This document shows positions 16,665 to 26,190 of a DNA stretch of 26,327 bases, piece after piece. Every line of letters starts with the position of its first letter. Position 1 is the first letter of the stretch. Under the pieces are notes generated by a model. That model saw nothing but the letters and a program-made list of their open reading frames with translations. It had not been told where the DNA came from and made no database searches. The stretch comes from a virus (taxonomy: Duplodnaviria; Caudoviricetes): the IMG/VR virus record IMGVR_UViG_3300035670_001110, positions 1 to 26,327 of that record; one strand, given 5' to 3'. The translations under genes were made by a program, and so were the position numbers.

Positions 16665-19174
16665 TGCATTGATTTGGCCTTGCCGGTAATGAGGCCGATC
16701 CACTCGCAAGTGCTGAACTTGCAAGGGAGGGCAGAAGCGTTGTGGATCTCCACCACGCAGTTGTCCCCTTTGCTGAGGACGGGGATGGTGAACACCCCTT
16801 CCTGATACCGCTTGTCCTCTGTCGCCTGATCGAAGTTCCAGGCGTCTTGGCCCACAACACTGTTGCGGCTGCCGAGGATGACTCCGCTGTACTTGTAAAC
16901 AGCAGTGCTGCGGCGCTCGGCTTTGACGTGCGCCTCGAAATAGCCCGTCTCGTGATACCGGAGCAACGCTTTTCGCACCTGAGTGCGGAGGCTGTTGGCA
17001 GCGGTCTTGCCATTGCCGATCTCCCGCATCGCTTTGAACCGCGTGAAGCGGTACTGGAAGTCGTAGACCTCGCCAAAAAAGATCGCCTTGGCGCTCCAGT
17101 CGCCACGCGCCGTGATCGTGCTGCCGCTGCTTGCTTCCCCGAGCAGCACGCCGCCGTTGGCCGTCGAGAACGAGCTCCAAGCCTGCGTCTTGGATTTGAT
17201 CGTGTAGGGCAGCGTCCACGTCGTGATGCCCGTGGTGGCGTTGTAGGTGCCTGCCGCAACGCGAATCGCTGTCGGAGTGTCCGTGGTGGTGGACACCCAG
17301 CGATCGAGCAGCAGCGGGGTGGGCTTGGTGGCGCTCTCTGCGGTTTGATCCGCAATCGGCATCCTCTCCAGCCAGACCTCCGTGCCGTACTGCACCAGCA
17401 GGTAGAGCACCTCCTGGATTGCAAGCACTTGGAGCACCTTGTCGGCGCCGCTCAGCTGCCAATGGCTCCAGCTGTTCTGCAGGCGCTCGACGCCGTTCCC
17501 CGTGTTTCGCAGGAAGAACTTTTGCGCGTAGATCCGATTGAGGTAGCCCGTTCTGTCGCTGATGGCGTACCAGCTGTTGCTGGTGTCATCGGCCGCGATG
17601 CGGAACACCCCGCTCGGCACATAGGCCGCTACCTGCTGGGTCAGTTCAACCGCATCGGCCGCGATCGAAGTGCCGCTGCCGCGGATGCTGAACTCCCGGA
17701 ACTTGGTCCAGTCACCGGCCACCTGGGCAAAGACAATGCCGTTGCCGATCTGCGTTGGCCGGCAGCGGGTGTCGATCTCGTACTGGGTCAGCGCGGTGAT
17801 CTGCGCCGTGGCTGAGGTCAGCGTGGTGTCGTTGCTCGAGAGGCGGAACTGCGTCTGGTCCGAGAACAGAATCAGCTCGTCCTGGAACGGCACCGCGTAA
17901 CGCAGCACGCTGACCCGTGTGCCGCTGGCCTTGATGTCGATCGGGTCAGTCGCCAGTGTTGTGGTGACGGTCTCCGGGAAGAACTCAAAGAACTCGCCGG
18001 GGCGGCTGAGTACCACGGCCTCGTCAGCCAGGATCCCCAGGCGGTTCTTGAAGACGAACAGATCCTGGATGCCCTTGCCGATGAAGCTCGGGTCGGGAGC
18101 GGTCACATAGTCGCCACAGGTGCGATCACCCCACTTCCGCAGCGTGACGCCCGTGGCGATGGTCGAGCCATCCATCGGCCCGAAATAGAAGGTGTTATCC
18201 GGCCTGCGCACCAGGACGTGCGGCATCGTGCTCGGTTTGATGCGGTACTCGGCGCCCGGGGCAACGGTCTCCCTCCAGGAGCCCTCCCCGAAAGTGCCCT
18301 GGCCGGAGCGCGGCTTGAACTCGACGTAGTAGCCATCCCAGGCATTGCCCGGGTCGCCGGTGATCTCGATCTGGTAGCCGACTGGCGCGATGGTCGGCAG
18401 CTCGGTGAACACCTGAACGCTGTTGGTGATCGCCGTGATGTCGGCATTGGCGCGGGCATCCGTCGCCTTGATCGTCATGGCGCTGCTGCTCTTGAAGTGC
18501 AGCACCGATCCACTGCGCTCGATCGTGACGCCGCTCACGCCGGCCAGGCCGGTCTTGATGTTCTCGGCGATTTCAGCCGCGCTGATCTTGGTTTCGGTCA
18601 GCGTGCTGCCCACCACGATCACGGCCGCCGTGGCGGTGGTCACGTCCACCGTCGTGCTGTTCAAGGTGACGGTGTATTTCTGGCCGTAGTTGGCGGCCTT
18701 CACCCAGACCAGCGCCTCATGGGTGGCGGGCCTGGCGGTCGCCGGGGCCAGCAGGGTGCTGTCCATGTCTGGCAGCGCCCGGGTGTTGGAGATGAAGGTG
18801 TAGTCGCCGATTGAGACGGCGCGGATGTCGCTCTTGGCGCTCACCACCGACGACAGGTAGGTGTACGCACCCGCCGCGGCGCTGACCGTGTACTCAGTGC
18901 CGGCCAGATCGAACACCCGGATGGCGGTCTTGCTGATCACCACCAGGTACTTCTCTGCGCTGTCTCGCAGCACGGAGTGGACGAACACGTCGCCCAAATC
19001 GGTGGTACTGATCTTGGCCAGCGACTGCGTTGGCTCCCGCTTCCTCAGCCCTTCCGAGATTGATGAATAGCCATTGATCTGCAGCTCGCCCTGGGTCGGG
19101 TCACGCTGCGCATCGGGCTGCTGGCTGATCCCCTGGAACAGGTTGGGGATCGTGTAGGAGAAGAGTTCAGCCAA
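16661..19174 (-). CDS. Tail tubular protein B (T7 gp12-like nozzle)
   Basis: 837 aa; TIPNLFQGISQQPD start, GLRKR, PSFIG...FKNRLG, QNSWSHW; synteny. Confidence 0.95.
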   Translation of the reverse strand: MAELFSYTIPNLFQGISQQPDAQRDPTQGELQINGYSSISEGLRKREPTQSLAKISTTDLGDVFVHSVLRDSAEKYLVVISKTAIRVFDLAGTEYTVSAAAGAYTYLSSVVSAKSDIRAVSIGDYTFISNTRALPDMDSTLLAPATARPATHEALVWVKAANYGQKYTVTLNSTTVDVTTATAAVIVVGSTLTETKISAAEIAENIKTGLAGVSGVTIERSGSVLHFKSSSAMTIKATDARANADITAITNSVQVFTELPTIAPVGYQIEITGDPGNAWDGYYVEFKPRSGQGTFGEGSWRETVAPGAEYRIKPSTMPHVLVRRPDNTFYFGPMDGSTIATGVTLRKWGDRTCGDYVTAPDPSFIGKGIQDLFVFKNRLGILADEAVVLSRPGEFFEFFPETVTTTLATDPIDIKASGTRVSVLRYAVPFQDELILFSDQTQFRLSSNDTTLTSATAQITALTQYEIDTRCRPTQIGNGIVFAQVAGDWTKFREFSIRGSGTSIAADAVELTQQVAAYVPSGVFRIAADDTSNSWYAISDRTGYLNRIYAQKFFLRNTGNGVERLQNSWSHWQLSGADKVLQVLAIQEVLYLLVQYGTEVWLERMPIADQTAESATKPTPLLLDRWVSTTTDTPTAIRVAAGTYNATTGITTWTLPYTIKSKTQAWSSFSTANGGVLLGEASSGSTITARGDWSAKAIFFGEVYDFQYRFTRFKAMREIGNGKTAANSLRTQVRKALLRYHETGYFEAHVKAERRSTAVYKYSGVILGSRNSVVGQDAWNFDQATEDKRYQEGVFTIPVLSKGDNCVVEIHNASALPCKFSTCEWIGLITGKAKSMQ

Positions 19175-19829
19175 TGAGGTGCCCTCCTCCCGGTCCGCGC
19201 AACAGGCCGTAGCCCGGGCTGTAAGTCGGGAAGGGGCGCAGGCCAGGGCCGCCGGTCAGCAGGTTGTAGTGATCGTTCTCGGCCTCCATCCGCAGCAGCT
19301 CATTGAGCGCCGCCTGCTCGTCGATGGCCGTGTACTTGAACAGGGCGTCAGAGCTCAGGACGCGATCACTGAAGACGCGAGCGGATCGAATCGTGATCCA
19401 GCGGTTGAAAGGCTCGGGGCAGTCATCCCACGGCAGCAGGAACACCACATCAGCCAGCACCTGAGTGATGTCAGAACCCAGAGTTGAGGTGCGCTTCTCG
19501 CGGTCGTAAACCTTCTGTCCGCGCAGCTGAAAGCGCCCAGCCCACTGGTACGGATCGGGCGACCACCGCACCACGTTGGCCGGCACGGTGATCGTGTTGG
19601 TGGTGACGTCCTTGCTGAAGGGGTAGCCGGATTCGGTGTTCCACGCCCAGCCCCTGGACTGCCCTTCCTTGTGAAACTCGAGCAGTGTCCGCTCTGCAAT
19701 GCGGGCTTCTGCAACCTGTTCATTCTCGAGCGTTTCCACCGGCGCCTCGCCGATGTTCTCGAGCAGCACGTTGACGGCCTCGAGAAGGCTGGTCCGCCCT
19801 GGCGTCAGTGACTGGTTGGCGGTGCCCAT
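19167..19829 (-). CDS. Tail tubular protein A (T7 gp11-like)
   Basis: LEAVNVLLENIGEAPV, QSRGWAWNTE, ITIRSARVF; follows the capsid gene. Confidence 0.95.
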   Translation of the reverse strand: MGTANQSLTPGRTSLLEAVNVLLENIGEAPVETLENEQVAEARIAERTLLEFHKEGQSRGWAWNTESGYPFSKDVTTNTITVPANVVRWSPDPYQWAGRFQLRGQKVYDREKRTSTLGSDITQVLADVVFLLPWDDCPEPFNRWITIRSARVFSDRVLSSDALFKYTAIDEQAALNELLRMEAENDHYNLLTGGPGLRPFPTYSPGYGLLRGPGGGHLIG

Positions 19830-19869
19830 TGGCTCTGCGGGGCCGTAGACCTAACTGTACGAGCCGCAC

Positions 19870-19897
19870 AAAAAAGGGGCCAGCCGTAGCCAGCCCC
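19870..19897 (-). terminator. Intrinsic terminator after the capsid gene (T7 T-phi position)
   Basis: Minus strand GGGGCTGGC-TACG-GCTGGCCCC-TTTTTT: 9-bp stem with two G-U pairs, cUACGg tetraloop and U6 tail. Confidence 0.9.
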
Positions 19898-19935
19898 AGG
19901 TGATTTCCACTCGACCCCGAGGAGTCGAAGCGAGT

Positions 19936-20946
19936 TTAAGGGACGACGATCTTGTAGGCGGCCTCAGCGCGAAGCACGCCCATGCCGATGGCCTGGCGGG
20001 CCACCATCAGGGTTGCCTGCATCTGGACGTTCCAGTCGCCGCTGGTGATCTGCAGAGAGGGGCTCATCAGTGTCACCACGCCGGCGGCTTCCTTGTTAAA
20101 GATCAGGCCGCGGCATTTCGACAGATCCTGCGCATAGTCAGTGTTCTTGTCGCCGGTGACGTTGGTGTAAGCCGCCTGGGTGACGTGGTTCGACATCAGG
20201 ATGGGGATGCTGGCCACCTGCAGGGTCTTGCCGCTGGCGATGGTGCCGTTGCCGCCACTGCCGCCGTTGAAATCGGCGTTGATCGCGCGCGAAGATTGCG
20301 TGATGTAGTAGTACTCCTCAGGGGAGAACACTGCATACATGCCATCAACGGGGACGTCCTTCTTGTCGAAGTTCACCCGTGCAGCGAAGATCGCATCCAC
20401 CAGCTCATCACCCTTGGCCTGGTTGGTGGCAGCGGCGTAGCCAGCGGAGAGGGTCTTGCCGGCACCGATGCGACCGGCGTTGCCGGCTTTGCCCAGGGGC
20501 TCGGTGACATTGGAGGCGGCGGCGAACAGGATGCGAGCCACACGCTTGTCGTACTCGTAGGCCAGGGCCCGGCCGAGTTCAGTGGTGTAGATCTGGCGCA
20601 CGTCGTAGTACGCCATCAGCTCGTCGATCTCTGCCACAGCAGCGTCGGCGATCATCAGGCCGTCGAGCTCAATGAGGCGCTCGTTCAGGTCGGAAGGGTT
20701 GTTGCCTTCACCGAGAATCGGAACGCCGGGCGAGTGGTACCTCGCTGCCATTTTCCCGGTGATGGGGAAGGCAACCGACTTCCCACCTTTGATGTTGCGC
20801 TCGCGGGTTTTGCCCTTGAAGACGGTGGTGCGCTCGAACGCATCGAGAACTTCAGCAGCGCCGAGCTTGAGGAATAGGGCACGGTCATCACCCGTGCCTT
20901 TGATTTGACCAAGCCGCTGAAGCGCGGCATCGGGAGGGGTAGCCAT
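19936..20946 (-). CDS. Major capsid protein (T7 gp10-like)
   Basis: ALFLKL..AEVLDAF, RNIKGGKSVAFP, YDVRQIYTTELGRALA, GMGVLRAEAA motifs. Confidence 0.97.
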   Translation of the reverse strand: MATPPDAALQRLGQIKGTGDDRALFLKLGAAEVLDAFERTTVFKGKTRERNIKGGKSVAFPITGKMAARYHSPGVPILGEGNNPSDLNERLIELDGLMIADAAVAEIDELMAYYDVRQIYTTELGRALAYEYDKRVARILFAAASNVTEPLGKAGNAGRIGAGKTLSAGYAAATNQAKGDELVDAIFAARVNFDKKDVPVDGMYAVFSPEEYYYITQSSRAINADFNGGSGGNGTIASGKTLQVASIPILMSNHVTQAAYTNVTGDKNTDYAQDLSKCRGLIFNKEAAGVVTLMSPSLQITSGDWNVQMQATLMVARQAIGMGVLRAEAAYKIVVP

Positions 20947-21058
20947 GGTGTTTCAAAGAAGAAGTGATCGGCTGACTTCTTCCCCTCTGCACCGGGTTGT
21001 CTCCCTAGGGAGGCCCGTTCAGTTACGGGGGTGTAGAACTTGCCTCCCTTGAGAGTAA

Positions 21059-21919
21059 CTAGAAGACGTCAGAAGCGTCCAACATCCGAATCACCTGCGC
21101 GCGGTAGGCCTCGTCAACGTCGTACAGGCGCTGACCCTTGCCGTTGAGCTTGTTCATCGCCTCGAGTACTTGGGCTTTCGACTCGAATGTCTTGCCGGCC
21201 GATGGCGCACGGCCGCTGCCCACCAGCTCTGGTTCCTTAAGGGTCGCCTGCTTAGGTGCGCTGCCCTGAGACGCCCGTGCCCGCATCGCTTTCAGCGCCC
21301 AGCGGATCGCCTCTTTGTTTCCGGCCGCGACCACTGCGTTGTATTCATCGATCTCGTCCTGGGGGACGTTCTCTTTCACCCAGGCCGACAGCTGCTGGAA
21401 CTGCTCCTCGCCGCCAACTAGGCCTTTGATCTCGGCCTGATCCTCAGCGCTGAGCTCAACGGATCCCGGCGCGGATTCGTAGCCGCCCTCGAGGTAGCGC
21501 TCGACGATGGCGCGGGGGATGCCAACGCCCTCGAGCTTGGCCATGAACGGCTCGACGTCCTGGCCTGCTTCAAAGGCGGCGGCCATTTCGTAGGGGTTGA
21601 ACTCAGCCTCCTCGAACTTGCCGGCCAGGAACTCGCCGTACTCCTTGACGCCTTCCTCCCGGGTGTAAGCCTTGGGGGGTGAAGGCAAGGTCTCTGCGGG
21701 CTGGTCCTTGGGCTGGCCCAGTTTCCTTTCCAGCTCCTGATATGCCTTGGCCAGCTCCTCCTGGCTGTTGAACTTGCCGAGGATCTTCTCCGGCTCAGCC
21801 TGTTCAGCGTCGCGTTCTGCCAGGAACTCCTCGAGCAGGCTCTCCTGCCCGGGGGCGACCGGCGTTTCGTTAATGGCTTCAGCTGTGCTGAGGCTGTTGT
21901 CGACGGGTGCTTGGGTCAT
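21059..21919 (-). CDS. Capsid assembly scaffolding protein (T7 gp9-like)
   Basis: Acidic 286 aa; GKFNSQEELAKAYQELERKLG, VGGEEQF, C-terminal YDVDEAYRAQV. Confidence 0.93.
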   Translation of the reverse strand: MTQAPVDNSLSTAEAINETPVAPGQESLLEEFLAERDAEQAEPEKILGKFNSQEELAKAYQELERKLGQPKDQPAETLPSPPKAYTREEGVKEYGEFLAGKFEEAEFNPYEMAAAFEAGQDVEPFMAKLEGVGIPRAIVERYLEGGYESAPGSVELSAEDQAEIKGLVGGEEQFQQLSAWVKENVPQDEIDEYNAVVAAGNKEAIRWALKAMRARASQGSAPKQATLKEPELVGSGRAPSAGKTFESKAQVLEAMNKLNGKGQRLYDVDEAYRAQVIRMLDASDVF

Positions 21920-23532
21920 TGCGGTTCGGTGGGTTGGTCAGGGTTGGCCAGCTGCTGCTCGATGGCAGCGGCCTCGGCCTGTTTCTGCGGGTCGGCCATG
22001 GGTGACGCCATGGCCTGCTGAGCAAGCGCCATCTCCTGGGCCTGCTGCTGCTCGGCGGCGACTTCCTCGTCGGTCTTGATCAGGCCAACGGTGTCGACGC
22101 CCATCGAGGCAGCAAGCCTGCGGATCAACTCAGAGGGGTTGACCCGCATCGTCACCTCCTGCTGGCCAATGGCGTTGCCGAGCTCGGCGATGGTGCTGAC
22201 AAAGCGCACCACCCGCTCGAGGTCATTGCTGCGGCCAACGGCAGCCAGGCCAACGCTGACCACTGGGCGCACCAACTCCTTGGGCAGGGGCTGGAGCCTG
22301 CCCTGGCGGATCAGCAGATCCAGCTTGCGGGTGACGTAGGGGGTTTGGAACTCGGTGGTAAGGATCGAATAGATCGAGCCGAGAGAGTTTTCGATCTGCA
22401 GCGCCTGGAGGCGGACTTCTTCCGCAGTGGTGCGCTCGCTGTCGCGCACGTCCGCGAGCATGAACGCTTGGCTCAGGCGGGCCTCAACCCGGGCCAGGCC
22501 GGCCATGGCCACCTGCATGTCGCCGGCCTTCTGCACCTGCAGTGCCTGGACGTCATTGATGTCGCCGACGACAAAGGCGCCGTTGGCCGCATCGGCTAGG
22601 GCCTTGGCCTTGGTGACGCCGTTGGGGCGCACGAGGAATCGGATCGCAGCGCTGGCCAGGGAGCCTTCGGCTACGGCCTGGCTCAGAGCTTCAGCCGTCT
22701 TGAGATCAGCCAGCGCGGCCGACTCGACGTAGCCCACCCCGTAGGGCTGGCCATCCACGCGCGACATGCGCAGTGGCATCCAGGGGTTCGACTCGATCGG
22801 GGCCTCGCCCTCGCTGCCGGGGATCCGCTTGCCCTTGACCTCCTGATACCACTCGACCTTGTCCTTCTCCCAGTGAACGCAGGTGTAGACCTTGACCGTC
22901 TTGTCGTACTCGCCGATCTCGTCGTAGTCGTCCTTGGCCAGGCGGCCGACAACGTCGTCCTCGTCCTCCTCGAGCAGCGCTTTGATCTCGGGCGGGAGCG
23001 TGTTCATCGCCAGCTCCTCGCACGTCACCACCTCCAGGGGATTGCCCATGGGGTCGCGCGAGCAGACGTATCGGTTCAGGTGGTAGACCTTCAGCCCATC
23101 CTTGCCGACGTAGAGCAGCACGTTGCCGCAGACGATCAGCCACAGCAGGGCTTCATGGAAGGCGACTCGATCGTTGGTGCCTTCGATGGAGCGGAGCACC
23201 TCCTGCTCCATCTTTGCCAGGGCCGAATCGAACTCTGATTTCTGCGAGGTGTCGATGCCCTGGCGGATCATCTCCATCTCGTTGAGCGTGAACCGGAAGA
23301 AGCTCTGCGTCGGGGGCAGCAGGGCCAGCAGCATCCGGCTCGCCAGGTTCAGCACGCCCCTGGCGCCGATGCCATTCCACGGAAGGGGGAACACTTCTTT
23401 GTTCCCCTTGGTGGGCTCGTTGCTGGATGGCACGAGGTAGGGAAGGGTGAGCCGCGCAGCCTCCCGTCCCCGCTCGAGGTAGTAGTTCCGATCGGACTCA
23501 AGGGCCCGGTAACGCTGCGCTGCAGTGGCCAT
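21916..23532 (-). CDS. Portal / head-to-tail connector (T7 gp8-like)
   Basis: 538 aa; GARGVLNLASRMLLALLPP, YGVGYVE, RDSERTTAEEVR. Confidence 0.97.
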   Translation of the reverse strand: MATAAQRYRALESDRNYYLERGREAARLTLPYLVPSSNEPTKGNKEVFPLPWNGIGARGVLNLASRMLLALLPPTQSFFRFTLNEMEMIRQGIDTSQKSEFDSALAKMEQEVLRSIEGTNDRVAFHEALLWLIVCGNVLLYVGKDGLKVYHLNRYVCSRDPMGNPLEVVTCEELAMNTLPPEIKALLEEDEDDVVGRLAKDDYDEIGEYDKTVKVYTCVHWEKDKVEWYQEVKGKRIPGSEGEAPIESNPWMPLRMSRVDGQPYGVGYVESAALADLKTAEALSQAVAEGSLASAAIRFLVRPNGVTKAKALADAANGAFVVGDINDVQALQVQKAGDMQVAMAGLARVEARLSQAFMLADVRDSERTTAEEVRLQALQIENSLGSIYSILTTEFQTPYVTRKLDLLIRQGRLQPLPKELVRPVVSVGLAAVGRSNDLERVVRFVSTIAELGNAIGQQEVTMRVNPSELIRRLAASMGVDTVGLIKTDEEVAAEQQQAQEMALAQQAMASPMADPQKQAEAAAIEQQLANPDQPTEPQ

Positions 23533-23534
23533 GA

Positions 23535-24278
23535 TCAGACGGGGATGTTGAGGCCAGTGCCGGCCGTTGCGGTCTCAGTCGGCGAGATCGCCAACGAGGT
23601 GTTGAGGTTCTTGAGGCGGCGGTTGATCGCCTGCGTCACCTGTGCGCCTTGGACCGGGGCATTGGTCGTTGTCATCACCGCGTAGGGGGCGGCCGACACC
23701 TGCTGCTGTTGCTGCTGCATGTTGGCGGCCGACATCTGATTCATGAGGTCGTTGATCATCCCCATGTAGAGATCTTGGTTGGCCTGGTTCTGTGCGACAG
23801 ACGCATTGATTGCGTCGATCATTGCCTGGCTTCCGTCGTCGACGGAATTGGACCACTGCTGCGTTTGGTTGCTGGCCTCAGCTGTTTGCTGGGCCGGTGC
23901 CGCAGTCGCAGCCGGAGCCTGCGTGACCTTCACGGTCGTCCTTGGCATGAAGCTGTAGGTCGGCAGGCTCGATGTCGAGACGCCGCCGTTTGGCGTTCGA
24001 GACTGAGTCGCCTGCGAGCCGGTGACTGCCCAGCCGGAGCCAGGGTTAGGCGCCGGGGCCGCAGCAGTTGGCGTGTAGCTGATCACGCCTTTCTTGTTCT
24101 GATCAATGTTGTAAATCTGCTGCGCGTTCTGGCCGATCGTTGCGTCGTTCCTGGCCGCGACAGTCAGGATTTTTGCCGTTGAAATGCCGGCGTTGTTGAG
24201 GTTCCTGATCTCGGATGCGGTCAACCTGTTGTTGCCCTTGAGGGCCTGCTGAACTTTCTTGTTGGCGTTCTTGGCCAT
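23535..24278 (-). CDS. Putative virion protein, gp7.3-like position (247 aa)
   Basis: Immediately upstream of the portal; basic N-terminus; C-terminal SLAI...GTGLNI resembles the T7 gp7.3 end (SLSV...GGINI). Confidence 0.6.
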   Translation of the reverse strand: MAKNANKKVQQALKGNNRLTASEIRNLNNAGISTAKILTVAARNDATIGQNAQQIYNIDQNKKGVISYTPTAAAPAPNPGSGWAVTGSQATQSRTPNGGVSTSSLPTYSFMPRTTVKVTQAPAATAAPAQQTAEASNQTQQWSNSVDDGSQAMIDAINASVAQNQANQDLYMGMINDLMNQMSAANMQQQQQQVSAAPYAVMTTTNAPVQGAQVTQAINRRLKNLNTSLAISPTETATAGTGLNIPV

Positions 24279-24289
24279 CGGTCGTGCTC

Positions 24290-24841
24290 CTAGATGGTGA
24301 GGGTGCTTGAGGGGGTGCGGTCAATACGCAGCGCCTGCCTGGTCTGCCCAGGCCTGTAGTTCTCGTCGCGGAACCGGCCGACCACCGGCCGATCAGCGCT
24401 GTCCTCTGGCGGGGGTGCGCCCTTCAGCAAGCTCTGCCGCATGGCGTCTTGCTGCAGTAGCTGCTGGTTGTCGGCAGCCATCTCCGACAAATCCTTGAGC
24501 TGCGTCAGCGTGTCCTGCAGCCCCCGGTTCGACTGGTTCAGCAGATCCTGCGCCAGGTTCAGCGAGTTGTCCGGGGCCAGCAGGTCTTTGACCTTTCCCC
24601 ACATGAACTGGGTGTCGTTCTCGACCCGGTTGGCGCGGGGGTCTTTGTATTTGGTCTTGACCGCCTTGCGCTGTTGCCTGGCGTTGCCCAGCTTTTCTTT
24701 GTAGGCGGCCGGGCTCATCTGGTCCTTGCGTGCTTTCACCCGCTGGACCCGTTGTGTGGCCTGCCTGTACTGCTTGGTGCCCCGCAGTGGATCAGTGATG
24801 CGCGCCCTGGGCACGCTTCCGCCGCCGCCGCCAACGCACAT
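24290..24841 (-). CDS. Putative virion protein, gp6.7-like position (183 aa)
   Basis: MC-GGG start characteristic of this slot in T7-like phages; TGATG coupling with the upstream gene. Confidence 0.6.
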   Translation of the reverse strand: MCVGGGGGSVPRARITDPLRGTKQYRQATQRVQRVKARKDQMSPAAYKEKLGNARQQRKAVKTKYKDPRANRVENDTQFMWGKVKDLLAPDNSLNLAQDLLNQSNRGLQDTLTQLKDLSEMAADNQQLLQQDAMRQSLLKGAPPPEDSADRPVVGRFRDENYRPGQTRQALRIDRTPSSTLTI

Positions 24842-25032
24842 CAGCCCACCTCCAGATCAACACCTTTCTCGAATTGCTCCTGCATTGCAGTGATCAGGAA
24901 GCGGACCACGGAGGCCTGGCCGGAGCGGAACCAGACCTCCTTTTCGGTCCACTGCAGATCAGGCGCACGGTCCGGGAACTTCTGCGCCAATGCACTCACA
25001 AGGCGCTCAGAGATCGGAGGCAGCGCAACCAC
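24841..25032 (-). CDS. Small conserved podophage protein, gp6.5-like (63 aa)
   Basis: FPDRAP...EVWFRSGQASVVRFL motif; follows the exonuclease. Confidence 0.7.
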   Translation of the reverse strand: MVALPPISERLVSALAQKFPDRAPDLQWTEKEVWFRSGQASVVRFLITAMQEQFEKGVDLEVG

Positions 25033-25051
25033 TACAGGTCTGCAGATGTAG

Positions 25052-25792
25052 TCAGGCTACCGGCGGGCTCCATAGCAGGGGAGTGCCGGTTCGCAAGTCA
25101 TACTCGCCAGGCCGAAGGATGCGAGCGCACCTGGCTTGAGTGATCGCATAGTCCTCGCTGAGCTCCTTCTTGGCGTAGGCGGCGAGCACCGTCTGCCACA
25201 TCTCCACCTCCGTAGAGCAACTGGCCAAGGCCCTCTCCGCTGTCACCGGGCCATAGCCGGGGCAGCCGGGGTAGTTGTCCGTCGCATCGCCAGTCAACAC
25301 CTGGGCGTAGAACGTGCGATCGGCTTCCAGCCTGCTGGCGCGAATGATCTCGCCATTGCGCAGGTGCAAGCCGGGAATAGTGAGCAGATCTTTGTCGATG
25401 GAGGCGATCACGTCGCCGTCTTCATAGAGCACGCCCAGCACGTCATCTCCTTCGATGTCAGGCAGGCGCGCAACCCGCCAGCCACGGGACTGCGCCGCCT
25501 TCTCAACCCACTCGACCAGCTGCCGGTAGCCGGCGGGGCGCCTGTACTTCTTGCGGTTGGCCTTGTACTGGGGCCACACGCCATAGCGGAAGGAGACGCG
25601 ATCCCCGAAGACCAGAACGGGCTGGTGATCGGGGGCGCCCTCGCGGATCTCGGCGATCAGCTCCTGAAAGTTGGCCTGGGCATCAGCGTGCCGGCACAAA
25701 TAGGTCCAGTCGCCGTCATCCCACTCGGCCTCCCACTCCGCCGCAGTGGCGGAGCGGAACAGGTAGACCTCGGCGTCGATCAGGAGCTTCAC
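25052..25792 (-). CDS. 5'-3' exonuclease (T7 gp6-like)
   Basis: LLIDAE, YKANRK, IEGDDVLG, SIDKDL, LTGDATDNYPGCPGYGPVTA, QARCARIL. Confidence 0.95.
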   Translation of the reverse strand: MKLLIDAEVYLFRSATAAEWEAEWDDGDWTYLCRHADAQANFQELIAEIREGAPDHQPVLVFGDRVSFRYGVWPQYKANRKKYRRPAGYRQLVEWVEKAAQSRGWRVARLPDIEGDDVLGVLYEDGDVIASIDKDLLTIPGLHLRNGEIIRASRLEADRTFYAQVLTGDATDNYPGCPGYGPVTAERALASCSTEVEMWQTVLAAYAKKELSEDYAITQARCARILRPGEYDLRTGTPLLWSPPVA

Positions 25793-25938
25793 AGGCCAGC
25801 CTCTTTCATGTCGCGCTCAACGAGCTCTCTCAGCCGCTCCTGGTACAGCCCGGTGTAGGTGCTGCAGGCACGGCCTGACTGCTGATACAGCCACTCGAGA
25901 TACTCCTGGCGGCGCTGTTCAATCTTGGGGTCAGTCAT
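25789..25938 (-). CDS. Small hypothetical phage protein (49 aa; not in the ORF track)
   Basis: MTDPKIEQRRQEYLEWLYQQSGRACSTYTGLYQERLRELVERDMKEAGL; its stop overlaps the exonuclease GTG start (GTGA). Confidence 0.75.
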   Translation of the reverse strand: MTDPKIEQRRQEYLEWLYQQSGRACSTYTGLYQERLRELVERDMKEAGL

Positions 25939-25956
25939 TGTGATTAGTGAAGGTGA

Positions 25957-26190
25957 CTACTGGGTTTCAAGTTCAATAGCAACGGCCAAAAGTTCGGCGC
26001 GTATTGCCGATGCGTGTACATCACAGCAAGAATCATACGGAAGACACGGCGCTGGAACCACCTGATCTACAGCGGCTCGCAAAACGGCAGCGGCACAGCG
26101 ATAATCTTTTTCAAACGGACCATCGAGCCAGCCACAGTTATCCATGTAGGCATTTAAAACTGCAGTTGCAGCAGAAGAAAGTTCAGTCAT
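25957..26190 (-). CDS. Small hypothetical phage protein (77 aa)
   Basis: MTELSSAATAVLNAY...AAAVLRAAVDQVVP...IRAELLAVAIELE; ATGA overlap with the upstream paralogue. Confidence 0.8.
   Translation of the reverse strand: MTELSSAATAVLNAYMDNCGWLDGPFEKDYRCAAAVLRAAVDQVVPAPCLPYDSCCDVHASAIRAELLAVAIELETQ

Noticed and set aside
16206-17462. 418-aa and 340-aa ORF-track lengths for the gp13-like and gp14-like genes
   Set aside because: The N-terminal extensions overlap upstream genes; coupled starts at 16664 and 16206 are better supported.
19830-19945. T7 gp10B-style frameshift extension of the capsid
   Set aside because: No clear slippery heptamer; alternative frames are short, run through the terminator and show no recognisable domain.
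19830-25960. Repeated phage RNA polymerase promoters
   Set aside because: No repeated ~20-bp motif was evident by eye in the few intergenic gaps; a motif search on the whole genome would be needed.
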